DNA of 64,000 nt from a virus. The position numbers and the translations under genes were made by a program. The notes below the pieces were generated by a model. It searched no databases and was not told where the DNA came from. It was given only the letters and a program-made list of their open reading frames with translations. Location of the stretch: IMG/VR virus record IMGVR_UViG_3300048808_000008, positions 6,918-70,917 of that record, one strand, 5' to 3'. Positions 26,953 through 37,748 of this stretch are shown here, one piece after another. How positions within the stretch are numbered: the stretch's first letter is position 1; every line of letters starts with the position of its first letter.

Positions 26953-28743
26953 ATGTTACAAGCAAACTTTAACGCGCTTCCGCAATCGTCTATTCCGCCG
27001 CCCGCGCAGATAGCCATTCCGCCGTCGGGCAGTCCGGTACATGACTTTGTGCGTCAGAATCCGGGCGCGAACGCCATCCAAGTTTCTCAGGCTTCGGCGC
27101 GGTTCGGCCCTCCACTAAATGTGTTCCAGGCACAGAATGTCATAGACCAGGTGCGCGGTCCGGCGCGCTCGGGTGTCCCTCCAAGCAATCCGGTGCTCGG
27201 GGCCCAGCTCACACAACCGCCGACTGCTGCTCCCCCGCAGCCAGCGCCCATCCGCGCCGCAATGCCGCCGTCCGTGGCGAATGCTCCGATTGCGCCCACG
27301 CCCGTTTCAGCCGTTCCGCCATCAACGCCAATACAAAGTCCGCCCATCAATGCTCCGACGCGGCAGACCGCACAGCAATCCCCACCTCGCGCTATTCCGC
27401 CGTGGCTTCGGCTTGTTGAGGGTATCGCGCCGATTGCGGCCGTGGCGCTCGCAGGACGCGGCAATCCCGGCGCGGCGGCAAGTGCTCTCCAGGGGTATCA
27501 GGCCGGTGCAGATCGCGTCCAGAACCAGCGAGCGCAGCAGGCGCAACTTGCCGAGACTCAGCGGGAAAATAATCTCAAAGAGAGTGACGTTGAGCAGCAG
27601 CGACTTGAAACAGACGCCCTGCGCGCACAGTCGATTGGCGACACCGAGCAGTACCGTCAGGATGAAGGCCAACTGAATGACCTGAAGGGCAAGCAGGCTT
27701 CCGAGAAGGACTTCACGACGTGGGCGGCCGGGCAGCCGTCACGCTCTACCGTACTTGCGCGCTACGAGCACGACTTCCCGGACGACGATCTTGACCTGGC
27801 GGCGATACTGTCGCAGGGCAAGGACGACAAGAACCCGATCGAAGGGCAGACGCAGATCACCGGCGTTGCGAATACGGGCGAGCGCGTTACCCAAGATCAT
27901 GCAACAGATGCGAAGGACTTCACGACGTGGGCGGCCGGGCAGCCGTCACGCTCTACCGTACTTGCGCGCTACGAGCACGACTTCCCGGACGACGATCTTG
28001 GCTTGGCTGCGATACTGTCGCAGGGCAAGGACGACAAGAACCCGATCGAAGGTGCCGCACAGGACACGGGGCAGCAAAGAGCCGACACCGGCACTGCCGT
28101 TGGGAAAGCTACGATAGCGCGTGACGCAGCCACAACAGCGTACACGAACACCGAGAATGCCGAAGCGCCCGCGAAGTTGAAAATCCTACAGGACAATCTC
28201 AACCTGCGGACGCAGGAACTGGCAATCAGTGGGGCTCATTTGAAGATCGCTCAATCCGAGTGGAACAACAATAACCGCAATCCGGCGTCAATATGGTTCG
28301 GCACGCCGTATCCGTCCAACTCGCAGGTCGCGGGTAAGGCGCTACTGGGTGCTCAAAGCAATGCGCTCAAGGCAAGCGATGATGCAGCCAAAGCTGCAAG
28401 AACACTCGCGGCCGACAAGGGCGCGTTCTTTGCACAGAACCAGGACGCGCACGAAAAGGATTGGCAAAAGACGCAAACCTATCAGAGTGATCTTGCTATT
28501 CTGAACAATGCGCAGACGAAAACTCAACAATATAATGCTCAGATTAACGAGCTGAATACCAAACTCGCCCCCGGCAGAACACTGAGAAGCTTAAACAATC
28601 CGAATCTAAGTCCCGTCAATCCCTTCACGACCCCCGGTTACGCCGTGGTTCCCGGGGTTCCCGTAGTTCCGAGATTGCCGGGAAGGACGCAGACGATAAA
28701 GGCCCGCACTGGCCGCGCATTTACCTATACGATTGTACCATAG
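26953..28743 (+). CDS. Putative ejection protein with an internal duplication
   Basis: Pro-rich N-terminus, hydrophobic Gly/Ala segment, coiled coil. Confidence 0.6.
   Translation: MLQANFNALPQSSIPPPAQIAIPPSGSPVHDFVRQNPGANAIQVSQASARFGPPLNVFQAQNVIDQVRGPARSGVPPSNPVLGAQLTQPPTAAPPQPAPIRAAMPPSVANAPIAPTPVSAVPPSTPIQSPPINAPTRQTAQQSPPRAIPPWLRLVEGIAPIAAVALAGRGNPGAAASALQGYQAGADRVQNQRAQQAQLAETQRENNLKESDVEQQRLETDALRAQSIGDTEQYRQDEGQLNDLKGKQASEKDFTTWAAGQPSRSTVLARYEHDFPDDDLDLAAILSQGKDDKNPIEGQTQITGVANTGERVTQDHATDAKDFTTWAAGQPSRSTVLARYEHDFPDDDLGLAAILSQGKDDKNPIEGAAQDTGQQRADTGTAVGKATIARDAATTAYTNTENAEAPAKLKILQDNLNLRTQELAISGAHLKIAQSEWNNNNRNPASIWFGTPYPSNSQVAGKALLGAQSNALKASDDAAKAARTLAADKGAFFAQNQDAHEKDWQKTQTYQSDLAILNNAQTKTQQYNAQINELNTKLAPGRTLRSLNNPNLSPVNPFTTPGYAVVPGVPVVPRLPGRTQTIKARTGRAFTYTIVP
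27705..28052 (+). repeat. 141-bp intragenic direct repeat, two copies, 207-bp period
   Basis: 27705-27845 and 27912-28052; three mismatches seen. Confidence 0.9.
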
Positions 28744-31700
28744 ATGCCATCCGTAGTCATAAACACGCCTGACGGAACGAAACTCAACGTGCCATTCACG
28801 GGCGCACCGCCGTCATCTTCCGAGATGCAGGACATCGTGAACGGGTACGAATCGTCTCGTGCTCCGACTCCTGCCGCTGCTCCGAAAGCGGCGCCTGCTC
28901 CGTCTTCCTATCCATCCATCTTCGATCAGGCGGCTCGCGTTCCAATTCCAACCAGTATGCCGAACGTCCCAACGCGGGCTCCTGCACGGTCTGTTCCGCA
29001 TCCTGGGTACGTGTCGCAAAAGGATCGTGGCATACCATCTCAGCCCGGCGAAATGACAATTGGCGAACAGCGGCCACAATCTTTCCTTCAGGGTGTCGGT
29101 AGTAACTTTGCGCGTATCGGATTGGGCGCTGAAGAGGACTTCAACAACATCGTAGGCAGCGGCGGCAAGATGATTGCGGATGCGCTCGGCGGTGGTAATA
29201 CAAATGTCGGCCCGACCCCCTACGCTACGCGCGGACGCGGCGCAACAGCGTACAAGGATCTTCCCCCCTCGCCTGCTCCCAAGGGCCAGAATTCGCCGTC
29301 CTATCTGTCCACTCTTGGGCATGACGTTGGTGGATTAGTCACGTTCCCGCTGGACTACGCTCGACAAACCAACCAAGCCATTCAGGATTACCAAGCAGCC
29401 AATCCCGGCAAGCCTGCCATATACGGATTTCTTCAGCACATGGAGGATGCGCCTATCAGCACGGCTATGATGTTAGCTCCGCTCGTTCACGGCGTCGGCG
29501 CAATCGGCCGGGAAGCAGTGCCGGAAATTCCGCCCGAGGAGTCTCCAGCTCGTGCGGTTCCTCCTCTGCGTCGCGCCAAGGCCGCAATGCCTCCCCGTAA
29601 TCCGGTCCCCGTTCGCGCGCCCATCACGCCCGCACAAGCTCCGCCAACTCCTGCCGAGGCAGCGTCGGCTCTCAGTCAACTACATTCCGAAGAACCAATC
29701 CATGCCCCGGTCGAAGCACCGCCTACCAAAGGTGCCGCTCCTGTTCCCCCTGCTCGCCCCGAACCTGCTGCGGCGAGTCCGGCGCGTGAGATAACCTTCC
29801 CGGACACTCCCGACACGCAGGAGAGCGCACGCGCCGCGCGTGTCAGCAAGCCGGTTGCGCCTATCGAAGCACCGAAGCCAGCGGCAATTCGTGTTCCCGA
29901 GCCTGTCAGTGGCACGCCGCCCAAGACGATTGAACCTGAGCACGTGCCACTAGCGGCGGAAGTACCCCGAGTTGCCGCAGAGACTCACATCACGGAGGGA
30001 ACAGGCGCAACATTCACGCCCACAAAGAGCGATCTTGCGCCTGTCGCCAAGCCAGAGAAAGTCAGTGCCAAGACCGGTATGACGCCGAGCCAGACGGAAT
30101 TTCTCAAGAATGCTCTCAGTGAGTACGCACACACACAGGAAGGACACGAAAACGATCCCGCACCGCATGTTATCGAAGTTCCGAACGACGGGCGCTATAC
30201 CGTCCGGGGCGTCAAACAGGCGAACGCGCTACACGTTTCGCTTACCGGCGAAGGCATTAAAGTCACGAGGCCCGATGGAAGCGCGGCCAACCTCAACGAC
30301 GGCTTCAGGTTCCGTCCGAATAATGCGCGGGACGATATTCCGTATTCGCCGAATCGCGGCAGACTGATAAATGGACAGTCAGCGCCAGCACCGATCTCAC
30401 TGCCAGGGGTCCCTAATACTCAGAAAGCGGCCGTCCTTGCGAAATATGCAGAGCCAGAAGGGGCGAATACGGTCGAAACCGCGCCTATTAAGCCTCTGAC
30501 AAAACCGCTGAAGATGGATGGCACGACGCGCCCGGAGAAGCCCACGCCGAAAGCCGCGCCCGCATTCGACACATTGCACCCAGACGCCCAAGCGAAGTTC
30601 AGTGCCGCCTGGAACACGGACAATATCGTCAAGATGCAGGAGTATTTGACGCTGGGCAACAAGGGGCTTCGCGCCGAATTCGAACGACGATCGGGAATAA
30701 AGCTACCCAACACCGAGAGTGGCACGCGCGATGCCGTCTCCATATACCTGCGCGAAAACGGCGTGGCCGGGCCATCACTTTCTGAAAAACTCGCACAAAC
30801 AGCCGCCGATGCAAAGGCCCAACTCGCCAAGAACAGTGGCAAACTGACTTCGGGCGTCGATCCCCAGGACGTTTACCACTTTGTTCGGTACGGGGCCGCG
30901 ACGATTGCCAAGGGTGTCGTTGACTTCGCCGATTGGTCAAAGGAGATGATCTCCGAATTCGGAGATGCAATCAAGCCTCATCTTCGGGCCGTCCACGATG
31001 CTGCGCTCAGGGTTCATGCGAAATATGCAACAGGGCAGAAGCCGACCGCAGCGGACTTGCCGACACTGGGGGAGCAGACTCCTCCGAAGGCCAAGCCTGC
31101 CATGGCAGGCTCGATAAATCTCGGCCATACCGGACTCTCGCCAGAGGACAACGCCAAGGTAGCGGCGGCGGCTGATGAGTTCGTGAAGCATCCCGATTAT
31201 CCCGACAAAATCAACGGGCAGACCGTCATGGTGGGCGCTCGGGCACTCGGCTATAATCCAGACTTCATCGCCAGTTTGCGGACTGACAATGGGCACGGCG
31301 GTGTAACCTACAACGCCCCTCATGGCGTCGATCCGAACCTCCATGCAGTCGCAATTAGGGAACAGGCTACGCTTGCTCAAACGCGCATGACAGAGGCGCA
31401 GAACGCGCATGCTGATAATCCGACTCCCGAGACGCAAGCCGCGCTAGACAAGGCAACCGAGGATCGGAATGTGACCCATGCGGCCGATCAGGTCGTTTCC
31501 CGGCACGCTGGACAAACGCTTCAATCGTTCATAAATAACGTGTCCCCGATTGAAGCGGCGAAAGCGGCTACGGAGGTCAAGCAGCGGCTCGTGAACGAAG
31601 CGACTCCGGCAGAACCTAAGCCTGCTCCGCCCGCTATCCCGAAGGTGCGCACCCGCGTCCGCACTCCCTCCGGGGCCGACCGGCCGGGATTCGGAACCAA

Positions 31701-34700
31701 AAACAAGATTTACACTCAAGATGTGCGAGATCAGGCACTCGCGGGACTGAAGGCTTTAACCGGCCGCGCCCATGCCGATCCGTTCCTCGGGCTTGGCACA
31801 CTCACGCAGGCCATGCCACATCTGGTGAAACTCGGCGGCTACTACCTCGAAGGCGGCTTGCGCTCGTTCGGCGATTGGGCAAACGCCATGCGCGCACACG
31901 TGCCATTGACGGATGATGAAGCGCAGTTGGTCTATGCTCGCACGCGGGAAGATGCACAGGCAAAGCTCGGCCAGCGGCAGAAGGCGGCAGCCAACGGCGT
32001 ACTGGCTGATGAGCTGCGGGATACGATGGGCGCGGTCGGGACGGCCAACTTCTTCAATGAGATGTACGATCATCCTGTTCACGGGAATCTGCTCGGCAAG
32101 ATACTGAAAGGCGACTTGTCGAAGATTACGCCCGATGAGCGCATGGCGATTGAGGAGAGTAGGTTCCGCAACACGCCGGCCCGGTCGAAGCCGTTGCCGT
32201 CCGCGGGGGCGAAAAAGCTCCTGAAGGACATCTCGGATGAAGTGAACAAGCCGGTCAGGCAAGCGGCTATGAAGGCGGCGGCGGCGGCGAAACGGGCAGC
32301 GACTCCACCTATTCCGCGAGTGCTCACGCCGGATCAAGTATTTGACCGAGGCATGGCGCAAAAACTCGGCGGTAAAGCACAAGCTGAAGCATTCCGTAAG
32401 GCTGTATCCCCGATCATTGCGAAACTGATTAAGGGAGACGCGCTCACTCCTGAGGACTCCAACCAACTTGTAGGGGCTTATCGCGCGAACAAGTTGGTCA
32501 AGCCCGGCACGCCGCAACCAGCGAGCTTGCAGGCGGTCACTGATTTAGTTGCCGAAGCCCGGAGGGTTACAACAAGCGCAGCAAGCGAGGCGCGAAAAGC
32601 GGCGACTGAAGCCGCGAAGAACACTCCTGAAGCAATCGAAGCGAAACGGCTCGCGGGTGTCGCCAAGGATTTCCAGCGACCGCCTTCAACGCGCGAACCT
32701 TCCGGTAGGGGCGCCGTTCCAAGCGCGAAGCCCGAACGACTGCAAGGTCACACGAGCGACCTTCCGCCGACTCGCCCGCAAGATGATCCTGTCTACGATG
32801 CGCTCAAAACGCGGATGTCGGCACAGAACCTTGCGGAGTTTGGATATCGGATCGAACACGACCCCGAACTTGCCGCGGCCGTTGACAACCTGCGCAAGCA
32901 GGCTCTGGGCGAAGGGCAGATGACCGAACATGACAAGCGCGTGATCGCGCAGCATCTTGACGACTTGAAAAGGACCCGAAGCGGCCGTAATCCTTCCGAT
33001 GTCTCAAAACTACTCACCGATACGGTAAAAGACGTGCGGAACGGCAACCTCGGCTACTCGGACGCCAAGGAACTTGTGCGTGCATTGCTGCATAACCAAT
33101 TATCTCCGAAGGACGGATTGACGTTAAATCAAACGGCCGAAGCGTGGCAAAAACACGACGCGGCGATGACCGATCTTGACAAGGCCGATCCAGGGGACTT
33201 CCATAGGCTCGGGAACGTTTATAACAAGCACTCGCCGGTCGCGCCCGGCGACAAAGTGCGCTATGGCCTGCGCGGGGGGTTGTTATCCGCTCCGCACATC
33301 GCAGGCATGTACACGGCTTCCCATATTGGGATGCAGGCTGTCGAGCGTGGATTGGTCGATCCTGTCCACGCGGCGATTACGGGCGGAAAGTACGCGACAG
33401 CTAACCTCGGCGACACGGGACGGGCTATCAAGGCGGGGGCCCGGGCCGTTCCGGGCGCCGTCAAGATCATGCGGGAAGGAACGACGGCCGCGCAATTGCG
33501 GGGATTATCGCCATACTACCGGCCAGACGATATCGAGGGGAACTCCTTGGTTCGCGAGCCACTGCCCGCGCACAACCTGTACGGCGCGTTCGCCCGGCCT
33601 TCCCTGCGCTTCCACGGGGGAATCTCGCACATTCTCGGTAGGGCTGCCGAAGAGGGCGCTACGCTGAACAACGCCCGGCTTCTAGCGAAGGTAGAGGGCG
33701 GAAAATACACGGATTACTTGAACGATCCGCGCGTGAAAGCGGCCTCCTTGCAGGATGCGCACGAACAGCTTGTGTCCAATAAGAACGCGATTGCCTCGGG
33801 CGTTCATAGCGGGGCAAAGACAATCGACCGAGTCGTGGAGAAAAGTTCGGGGATTAAAGGAGTCGGCTCGACCGCCGAAGCTGTCATGGCTCCGTTCTTA
33901 ACGACCCCGCTCAACATTGCAGGCCGAGGTTTGGAATATTCCGGGCTGGGCGTTCCCGAGGGTGCATGGAACTATGCCAGATCCCTCATGCCGAAGTACG
34001 CCGATGGCAAAGACCCGTTCGATCTTTTCCGAGCGCGGCAGCACGCAACCCGGCAACTCGCGCGTGGCGTGGCCGTTGGGGGCTTAGCGGCGACTGTCGG
34101 CACCGTGCTAACTAAGGCAGGCATCCTCAATCCACCGGACCGCGCTACGCACGAAAACGGCTCAATCAATTGGAACGGCAAGCGGTATGAGATAAACCGT
34201 GTCGGCGGGGCCGTGGCGCTTCCTGTCGAGCTGGCAGGCGAAACATACCTCTATATCAGGGGCAAAGACCATGACTTCCTCGCGCCCTTCACGGATGCTA
34301 TGGGGCCGCTCACATACGGATCGCAGAATATGGAATCGCTTCAGGGTGCGGCGACGGCAAAACCGGGATCGAAAACTACCGGATGGCAGCGCGTTTCAAA
34401 GATACTTGGCGGCGTGCTGTCCGAAGCTGTTCCTGGAGGCGGATTCTTCGGAGACGTGGCATCCGCAACTGACCCGAAGGGAGTCGCGCGTATCCAGCCG
34501 GGACTGCTGGGCGCGAGCATGGCGAAGTACCCCGGCTTGCGCGAACTCCTGAAGCCTGCTGGATACCCACAGGCAAGCAATATCCATTCGACCGGCGTTG
34601 CGAGTCTGCTTTATCCGGGAAGGGTAGACAAAGGACCGGCCGAGAAATCTGCGGGTCGCGTCACTCCCCCGCGCGGCTATGGCTCGGCATCCTCCGCTGG

Positions 34701-34728
34701 CTATGGCCGCGCCAAGAAAGTCTATTAG
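28744..34728 (+). CDS. Large ejection / polyvalent-like virion protein (1994 aa)
   Basis: Size, position before the tail fibre, two copies of a G...F.DW...M helical motif, Gly-rich hydrophobic C-terminus. Confidence 0.65.
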   Translation: MPSVVINTPDGTKLNVPFTGAPPSSSEMQDIVNGYESSRAPTPAAAPKAAPAPSSYPSIFDQAARVPIPTSMPNVPTRAPARSVPHPGYVSQKDRGIPSQPGEMTIGEQRPQSFLQGVGSNFARIGLGAEEDFNNIVGSGGKMIADALGGGNTNVGPTPYATRGRGATAYKDLPPSPAPKGQNSPSYLSTLGHDVGGLVTFPLDYARQTNQAIQDYQAANPGKPAIYGFLQHMEDAPISTAMMLAPLVHGVGAIGREAVPEIPPEESPARAVPPLRRAKAAMPPRNPVPVRAPITPAQAPPTPAEAASALSQLHSEEPIHAPVEAPPTKGAAPVPPARPEPAAASPAREITFPDTPDTQESARAARVSKPVAPIEAPKPAAIRVPEPVSGTPPKTIEPEHVPLAAEVPRVAAETHITEGTGATFTPTKSDLAPVAKPEKVSAKTGMTPSQTEFLKNALSEYAHTQEGHENDPAPHVIEVPNDGRYTVRGVKQANALHVSLTGEGIKVTRPDGSAANLNDGFRFRPNNARDDIPYSPNRGRLINGQSAPAPISLPGVPNTQKAAVLAKYAEPEGANTVETAPIKPLTKPLKMDGTTRPEKPTPKAAPAFDTLHPDAQAKFSAAWNTDNIVKMQEYLTLGNKGLRAEFERRSGIKLPNTESGTRDAVSIYLRENGVAGPSLSEKLAQTAADAKAQLAKNSGKLTSGVDPQDVYHFVRYGAATIAKGVVDFADWSKEMISEFGDAIKPHLRAVHDAALRVHAKYATGQKPTAADLPTLGEQTPPKAKPAMAGSINLGHTGLSPEDNAKVAAAADEFVKHPDYPDKINGQTVMVGARALGYNPDFIASLRTDNGHGGVTYNAPHGVDPNLHAVAIREQATLAQTRMTEAQNAHADNPTPETQAALDKATEDRNVTHAADQVVSRHAGQTLQSFINNVSPIEAAKAATEVKQRLVNEATPAEPKPAPPAIPKVRTRVRTPSGADRPGFGTKNKIYTQDVRDQALAGLKALTGRAHADPFLGLGTLTQAMPHLVKLGGYYLEGGLRSFGDWANAMRAHVPLTDDEAQLVYARTREDAQAKLGQRQKAAANGVLADELRDTMGAVGTANFFNEMYDHPVHGNLLGKILKGDLSKITPDERMAIEESRFRNTPARSKPLPSAGAKKLLKDISDEVNKPVRQAAMKAAAAAKRAATPPIPRVLTPDQVFDRGMAQKLGGKAQAEAFRKAVSPIIAKLIKGDALTPEDSNQLVGAYRANKLVKPGTPQPASLQAVTDLVAEARRVTTSAASEARKAATEAAKNTPEAIEAKRLAGVAKDFQRPPSTREPSGRGAVPSAKPERLQGHTSDLPPTRPQDDPVYDALKTRMSAQNLAEFGYRIEHDPELAAAVDNLRKQALGEGQMTEHDKRVIAQHLDDLKRTRSGRNPSDVSKLLTDTVKDVRNGNLGYSDAKELVRALLHNQLSPKDGLTLNQTAEAWQKHDAAMTDLDKADPGDFHRLGNVYNKHSPVAPGDKVRYGLRGGLLSAPHIAGMYTASHIGMQAVERGLVDPVHAAITGGKYATANLGDTGRAIKAGARAVPGAVKIMREGTTAAQLRGLSPYYRPDDIEGNSLVREPLPAHNLYGAFARPSLRFHGGISHILGRAAEEGATLNNARLLAKVEGGKYTDYLNDPRVKAASLQDAHEQLVSNKNAIASGVHSGAKTIDRVVEKSSGIKGVGSTAEAVMAPFLTTPLNIAGRGLEYSGLGVPEGAWNYARSLMPKYADGKDPFDLFRARQHATRQLARGVAVGGLAATVGTVLTKAGILNPPDRATHENGSINWNGKRYEINRVGGAVALPVELAGETYLYIRGKDHDFLAPFTDAMGPLTYGSQNMESLQGAATAKPGSKTTGWQRVSKILGGVLSEAVPGGGFFGDVASATDPKGVARIQPGLLGASMAKYPGLRELLKPAGYPQASNIHSTGVASLLYPGRVDKGPAEKSAGRVTPPRGYGSASSAGYGRAKKVY

Positions 34729-37025
34729 TGGCGAATAACCCCACGCAGCCCGGACCTCCGCAGCCGCCCCAGGTAACGATCGTTGCGCCGAAGCCCACAC
34801 CCAATCCGCAGATGAAGCAGCGGCCAATGGGTGTGCCTGTCGTTCCGCCCAAAGCAGATACTTCCGGCGGCACAAGCGGCAATGCGCCTGCTCCTCCTAG
34901 CCCCTCGGCTCCCTCAACTCCCGCTTCAACAGATGCGCAGTCCATCTTCGGAGTGCCGATTGCGGGCGCTCCAATGACAGACGCGCAGATTCCTATCTTC
35001 AGCGGCCCGAATGATCTCATCCAGTGGGAGAATGTCTCGGGGGACATTGCCCTGTCGGACACAGGCCTTGCGACCGTGCAGGGCTTCGAGAACGTGCCGC
35101 TCAAACCAGGCGCTCCCACGGACGGCGAGTACTACGCTTACAAAGCCGCCGATAGCGAGTTCGAGCTTACGGCGCCTGACCACAAGGTCTTAGTCGACTC
35201 CTCCGATACGACGCCGGGATACCTGAACGCAAAGATCGACGTTACGCTCCCCCTCACAAGCGCAGTCGGAACGCCATCAGGTAATGAAACTGTCAATCTG
35301 GCCGTCAACGCCGCAACCACTGCAGCAACCGGAGTTGTCCAGCTCGAATCCTCATCCTCTGACACTTCTGCTTCTCACGTAGTGACTGCGAACGATACGC
35401 GGTTATCCAACTCACGGACACCAACTGGAAGCGCGGGCGGCGACCTCGGCGGCACGTATCCAAATCCTACCGTGCTCTCCGTGGCCGATGTGACGACTGG
35501 CGTTCTCGCGGCCGGGAACGGGGGAACAGGTTCTTCGACAGTTCCGACATCCGCGCAGATTCCAATCGGTAATGCCGGTGGCACGGCGTATGCCCCCACG
35601 ACGGTGAGCGGAGATGCTACGCTGTCGAACACAGGGGCCGTCACGCTTGTGAATACAGCAGTTACCCCCGGCAACTACACCAGCACAAACCTAACGGTCG
35701 ATTCAAAAGGGCGCATCACGGCAGCGGCGAACGGCAGCGGTGGCGGGATAACCGCTCTCACGGGCGATGTGACGGCAACTGGTTCCGGCTCGGTCGCCGC
35801 TACGGTCGCCAAGGTGGGCGGTCAGGCGATCTCCGCGATAGCGGCAGGCGACCTCTTGATGGGCAGCGGGTCCGGCGCGCTGAATCGGTTCCCGATCGGC
35901 ACTGCCGGGCAGGTCCCCGTTGCCACCGGCGGCCTGTTGGTATACACTTCCCTCAACACGCTGGCCGCAGGCGATCAGCTCTTATTTGCGATCACTTCGA
36001 CTTCCTCCCTCACCAACACGGTCACTTCCAAGCAGTCCTTCACAATGTCGCCGAGCTGCACGATCCCGGCGAATCAACTTGCGGTCGGACAGCAGATAGA
36101 GTTCATCGGTGCGCTCTCGATCACCAGTTCGGCGCTGTCTTTGCCGAATGTGACGTACGAACTGGATTTTGGCGGAACGGCGGTTGCGACGTTCCCGGCT
36201 ACGGCTATGGCGGCTTCGCTGTCCAGTGGTCCGGCGCAGATACGCATCATCGGAACCGTGCTGACAACCGGCAGCTCCGGAACGATTCGATTTGACGGGG
36301 CGATCATCGTTCAGGGCGCAACTTCTACGACGCCCGAGCTTATCCCGCTTACGTCTGTCTCGGCGACCGTCAATACGACGACCTCCAACGCCGTGACGAT
36401 GGCGCTCACCTTCTCTTCAACGACCCAGCCGAACACGACGGTGCTGACGCAGTTCGGCGGCGTGCTGCATGCGGCGGCGGGGACAAGTGTCGCCCCTGGT
36501 AACGGCAATATGGCATGGAATGTCTCGGGTTCGGTTCAGTCGGATAACAGCGTACAGGTCGCAGTAACTGCTGGGCATCCTGTATTCGGAACAACTAATT
36601 TCGCCCTCACATCGGCCACAGCGATACAGTTTCAGGCGTACTTGAAGAAGTCGAGCGCAGGTAGCAACACGGGCCTCGGTATTGGATACATCTCGGGCGG
36701 TAACTACAACGCCTATGTATTCGTGTGGAATTCCGGGGCGTTCAGCGGCTGCAGCCTATACAAGGAAGTGGCGGGCACGTTGACAGAAATCGCATCCGGC
36801 ACCGGACCCGCCAACGACACCGGGTTGCACAAGATACGGATGGTTATACTGCCCAGCTCGACGGCGGGTAATTACATCAGCCTATACTTCGATGACGTAC
36901 TGGTTCTGAAAAACTTCAACGACAGTTCTCTCAACCTGTTGGCACAAAACGCAAACCTTGGCACCTACAACGACACCGGAACGAGCCTTTATTATGATCC
37001 GTGGTATCGAATTGGGGCGCTCTAG
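34728..37025 (+). CDS. Tail fibre / receptor-binding protein
   Basis: Gly/Thr/Ser-rich fibre motifs (AGGDLGGTYPNP, TVDSKGRITAA, LTGDVT); beta-rich C-terminal domains. Confidence 0.8.
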   Translation: MANNPTQPGPPQPPQVTIVAPKPTPNPQMKQRPMGVPVVPPKADTSGGTSGNAPAPPSPSAPSTPASTDAQSIFGVPIAGAPMTDAQIPIFSGPNDLIQWENVSGDIALSDTGLATVQGFENVPLKPGAPTDGEYYAYKAADSEFELTAPDHKVLVDSSDTTPGYLNAKIDVTLPLTSAVGTPSGNETVNLAVNAATTAATGVVQLESSSSDTSASHVVTANDTRLSNSRTPTGSAGGDLGGTYPNPTVLSVADVTTGVLAAGNGGTGSSTVPTSAQIPIGNAGGTAYAPTTVSGDATLSNTGAVTLVNTAVTPGNYTSTNLTVDSKGRITAAANGSGGGITALTGDVTATGSGSVAATVAKVGGQAISAIAAGDLLMGSGSGALNRFPIGTAGQVPVATGGLLVYTSLNTLAAGDQLLFAITSTSSLTNTVTSKQSFTMSPSCTIPANQLAVGQQIEFIGALSITSSALSLPNVTYELDFGGTAVATFPATAMAASLSSGPAQIRIIGTVLTTGSSGTIRFDGAIIVQGATSTTPELIPLTSVSATVNTTTSNAVTMALTFSSTTQPNTTVLTQFGGVLHAAAGTSVAPGNGNMAWNVSGSVQSDNSVQVAVTAGHPVFGTTNFALTSATAIQFQAYLKKSSAGSNTGLGIGYISGGNYNAYVFVWNSGAFSGCSLYKEVAGTLTEIASGTGPANDTGLHKIRMVILPSSTAGNYISLYFDDVLVLKNFNDSSLNLLAQNANLGTYNDTGTSLYYDPWYRIGAL

Positions 37026-37732
37026 TGTGAGGCCATTTTGGCCGAGATCGTATCGGCAATCTTCGCGTATCCAGGAGGAAGCGGGTGCAGCCCATCGCTT
37101 AGGTCAGCCGTGGTAATCCCTGCATCGTGGTATATGTCCACGAAATAGATCGTGTGGCCTAGCGCGCCCCAGTGCGAGACAATTCCAGGCAGTATCGCGT
37201 TGAAAGTCTCTTCCTGCGCTCTCGTGAACAGTTTGTTGGTCGCGTTGTGGCCTACCGGAACCAATGAGCACAGGTACACAGTGGCGTTCGGATCGGCTCG
37301 GAAGATGTCGCCAATCAGAGTATTCATTCGGGATTCGGCGGTCGCAGTGCTTGCCCCTTCCCGAAGATCGTTAGCGCCCGCCAATACGATTACCGATTGC
37401 GGTTGCAACCTGAGCACGTCGGCCTTCGCGTGTGCGTCAATTTGATCTATCCGCAAGCCGTCCCAGCCATCGTGCTTCATTCCAAAAGAATCGGTCAAAG
37501 CGCCGACGTAATCAATCGAGATTCCGCGAACTTTGAGATCGGTTATAAGTGGCCCGCGATAACCAGGCGTGTGCGTTCCAGGGGAATTGTCGGGCCTTCC
37601 GACGTAGCCTTCAGTGATACTGTCACCCAGAGGCATAACGCCCTCCGCCATAGTTGCGTCACTGGACGGCGCTTGCCCGTACGCCTTCGCCGAAAGCAGG
37701 CAGAGGGCGAAGATTGCAGTGAGGAGTTTCAT
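37022..37732 (-). CDS. Secreted SGNH/GDSL hydrolase
   Basis: Signal peptide; GDSIT, GANDL and DGLHP catalytic blocks. Confidence 0.85.
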   Translation of the reverse strand: MKLLTAIFALCLLSAKAYGQAPSSDATMAEGVMPLGDSITEGYVGRPDNSPGTHTPGYRGPLITDLKVRGISIDYVGALTDSFGMKHDGWDGLRIDQIDAHAKADVLRLQPQSVIVLAGANDLREGASTATAESRMNTLIGDIFRADPNATVYLCSLVPVGHNATNKLFTRAQEETFNAILPGIVSHWGALGHTIYFVDIYHDAGITTADLSDGLHPLPPGYAKIADTISAKMASH

Positions 37733-37748
37733 TGGTTCTAATCCTTCC

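Noticed and set aside
28744-34728. Tape measure protein (siphovirus or myovirus tail)
   Set aside because: No major tail, sheath, chaperone frameshift or baseplate genes; the synteny fits podovirus ejection proteins.
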